Assembly: GCA_024704765.1 (NCBI GenBank)
Contig: JAKMXF010000055.1
Coordinates: 1-64,000, forward strand
Direction of reading: 5' to 3'
DNA length: 64,000 bases
Origin: Oopsacas minuta
Lineage: Eukaryota > Animalia > Porifera
In this document: piece after piece, positions 62,069 to 64,000 of the stretch
How positions within the stretch are numbered: the stretch's first letter is position 1
How the letters are laid out: each line of letters opens with the position of its first letter
The notes under the pieces: generated by a model
Told to the model about the DNA's origin: nothing
What the model saw: only the letters and a program-made list of their open reading frames with translations
Database searches by the model: none
Made by a program: the position numbers and the translations under genes

Positions 62069-63199
62069 CCATCGTGGTCCATGTAGGCAGAGCATCAAAA
62101 GAATTCGCTCTAGGTCCACTCTCAAACTTTGAGAAGCGGAGGCTGGAGTCGCTCTTTCGTGAAATAAGGAAACGAAACTGGAGAGCCGCTCATATATTTG
62201 AGGAACGCGCACCAGTAACGGCGCTCCATTTTGTCTTCATTCAAATTTAAATTATTAAATCTAAAATAATATAATATTCTTCAAATTCCTAGAAGTTGTC
62301 CAATTTTTGCAATTTATTTTTCATAAATCTTCAGGAATAAATTAGCTCCTACATATTGGAATAAGATTTCTAAATTCTTCCAGTATTTTTCCCATTTATA
62401 TGTGAATAGTAAGATAATCGCTTATAGCTATAATAGGCCATATATGAGTAGTCGCTTGATTAATAAATATACTTGTTGAAGAATCTTGAGCTCATTTACT
62501 GTGCCGAAATTATTTTTGTTCACAATTACTATGCGAACGAGAAAATCTCAGTGTATAAAGAATTTGATAATTTACCCTCCCTAAATTACTTTTAGGGTTC
62601 GGGCCTTACTCCGAAAATAGATATTGATAGCTGAAATACCGAAGCCTCCCCTCACATTCATTATACCTCATTTAAATGAACTACCTTTGTATCACGGACC
62701 CCCACGATAGTAACAATCTCAGGATGTGTTATGAGGTGTATGTAACCACGTGTACAACAACAAATCTGATTTATTTAGAAGCGCAACGGCGGATATTATA
62801 TTGGACAGCTATAATCTATTGTGAATAACCTGTAGAAACTGAATCCCAATGGGTTAGTATGTTGTTATGCGCGGTAATTCAGCAAAATACAAAGTGTAAT
62901 ATGATTGGCCAATTTAATATCAAATATAATGCATTGATGTGATTGAAAGATGTGTTGAAAAAATCACATTCCTTTTGATCACATCATCCGATCTCTAAAA
63001 TACTCCTTATTCATAATAGGTGACCAAAGTGTATCCTGCAAAAACAAAGGTCCAGGCATCTCCGAGGAGATGCGATGAAACACATATACAAACACGAACA
63101 CACACATGCTACTTCATATATGCAGAATTCCGAAGAATGGCCCTAAGTGATGCTCCAAATATGTGAAACAATTCACATTACAATTTAATAAGAAACTTT

Positions 63200-63420
63200 A
63201 GACGTGAAATATGTCTAGTCACATGAAAAACGTGTCTATGCTTTTGAAATATTTGAATGATATTTTCGGTTCCCGGTTACCCCTGACTAACAGGTGAGTT
63301 AATCTCTAGGGAAATTTGGAATGTGCCAAATTTGATGTTTATCATGACTAACATATTTTGAAGGATCTCTCGAACGGACAGACGTACGCAAGTAGTACAA
63401 CATTCATGCTCCTAATGACA
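63200..63420. repeat. Possible Helentron/DINE-like non-autonomous remnant
   Basis: gtgccaaatttgatg...acggacagacgtacg pattern recalls such elements; no termini verified. Confidence 0.3.
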
Positions 63421-64000
63421 TAGATGGTGTACGACTTCTATCCATCCGTAAAGCGAATATATTGATAAAATTCATAGATTAAGAGACATGTATAGACTTT
63501 ATAGTAAAATATGTTTGCATCAAAAATTATAACATACCTAGTAGGAATGTTTCCTAATGGGCGCATATTATATAGATCGGTAATGGCTTGAACTGATATA
63601 AACTTATGAAACATGCTGTGCGATCAAGCTGATTCCCGATAAACATCAAGATTTGTCAAGTAAAAGGACGTATCTTGAAATTTTGTGTCCCCTTATCTAA
63701 GAAAAGGGGAGACAGTTTATAATTGATAGCAATTATATCGATTTCTGATAACACAGGTAATTAAATAATTATTTGTCATGGAGCTTCACAAATTGATTGT
63801 ACAATTGTTTCAAATCTATCTCAAACCATTCAGAGATAAATATATTGAATATCCGTTACCATTTTACCCATTTCATCCTACGTTAGTCTAAAATGTGCAA
63901 ATGATGTGCACCACCTTTGCTATGCCTCCAATACAATTCACCACTACCCGGACCACTGTGCACGACCATAAACAAATACCTAGCCACGCCACTGCAGACA

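Noticed and set aside
62069-63960. Possible Transib-type element between CCATCGTGGTCC (62069) and GGACCACTGTG (63960)
   Set aside because: The ends match only 13/17, there is no TSD, the interrupted hAT does not resume after 63960, and no transposase was seen.
1-64000. rRNA, tRNA or prokaryotic operons
   Set aside because: No cloverleaf, rRNA-like segment or gene-dense operon structure was seen by eye; a covariance-model scan was not run.

Overview
AT-rich eukaryotic DNA (roughly 35% GC by eye, with spliceosomal introns and animal-type transposon families; probably an invertebrate, host not determinable from the sequence). The window is almost entirely a nested pile of transposable elements: P/THAP, a CxC/KDZ-like relic, mariner, maT, Tc1, pogo/Tigger, several hAT lineages, two FLYWCH-MULEs, Chapaev3-like pieces, a Kolobok-like element, a Ginger/GIN integrase, a Gypsy LTR relic, an RTE-like fragment and many MITEs. 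The only convincing host gene is an intronless TM2-domain gene (9295-9903, minus); two ORFs are unassigned. The highlight is a complete 3,262-bp RAG1-like (Transib/RAGL) transposon at 34317-37578. It has CACAGTG heptamer termini, a perfect 5-bp TSD (TAACA), and a pseudogenised, intron-containing transposase with RAG1-type motifs from an NBD-like region to a C-terminal Cys/His tail; it has no RAG2-like gene. Two more diverged RAG1-like relics lie at about 6.9-7.7 kb and 38.6-39.2 kb. A hAT[Kolobok[Tc1 or pogo]] composite occurs twice with reciprocal filled/empty sites, and the MULE ORF it interrupts is out of order, suggesting rearrangement or mis-scaffolding. Six single-N positions probably mark assembly joins. 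All family calls come from motif recognition by eye; no database searches were run.
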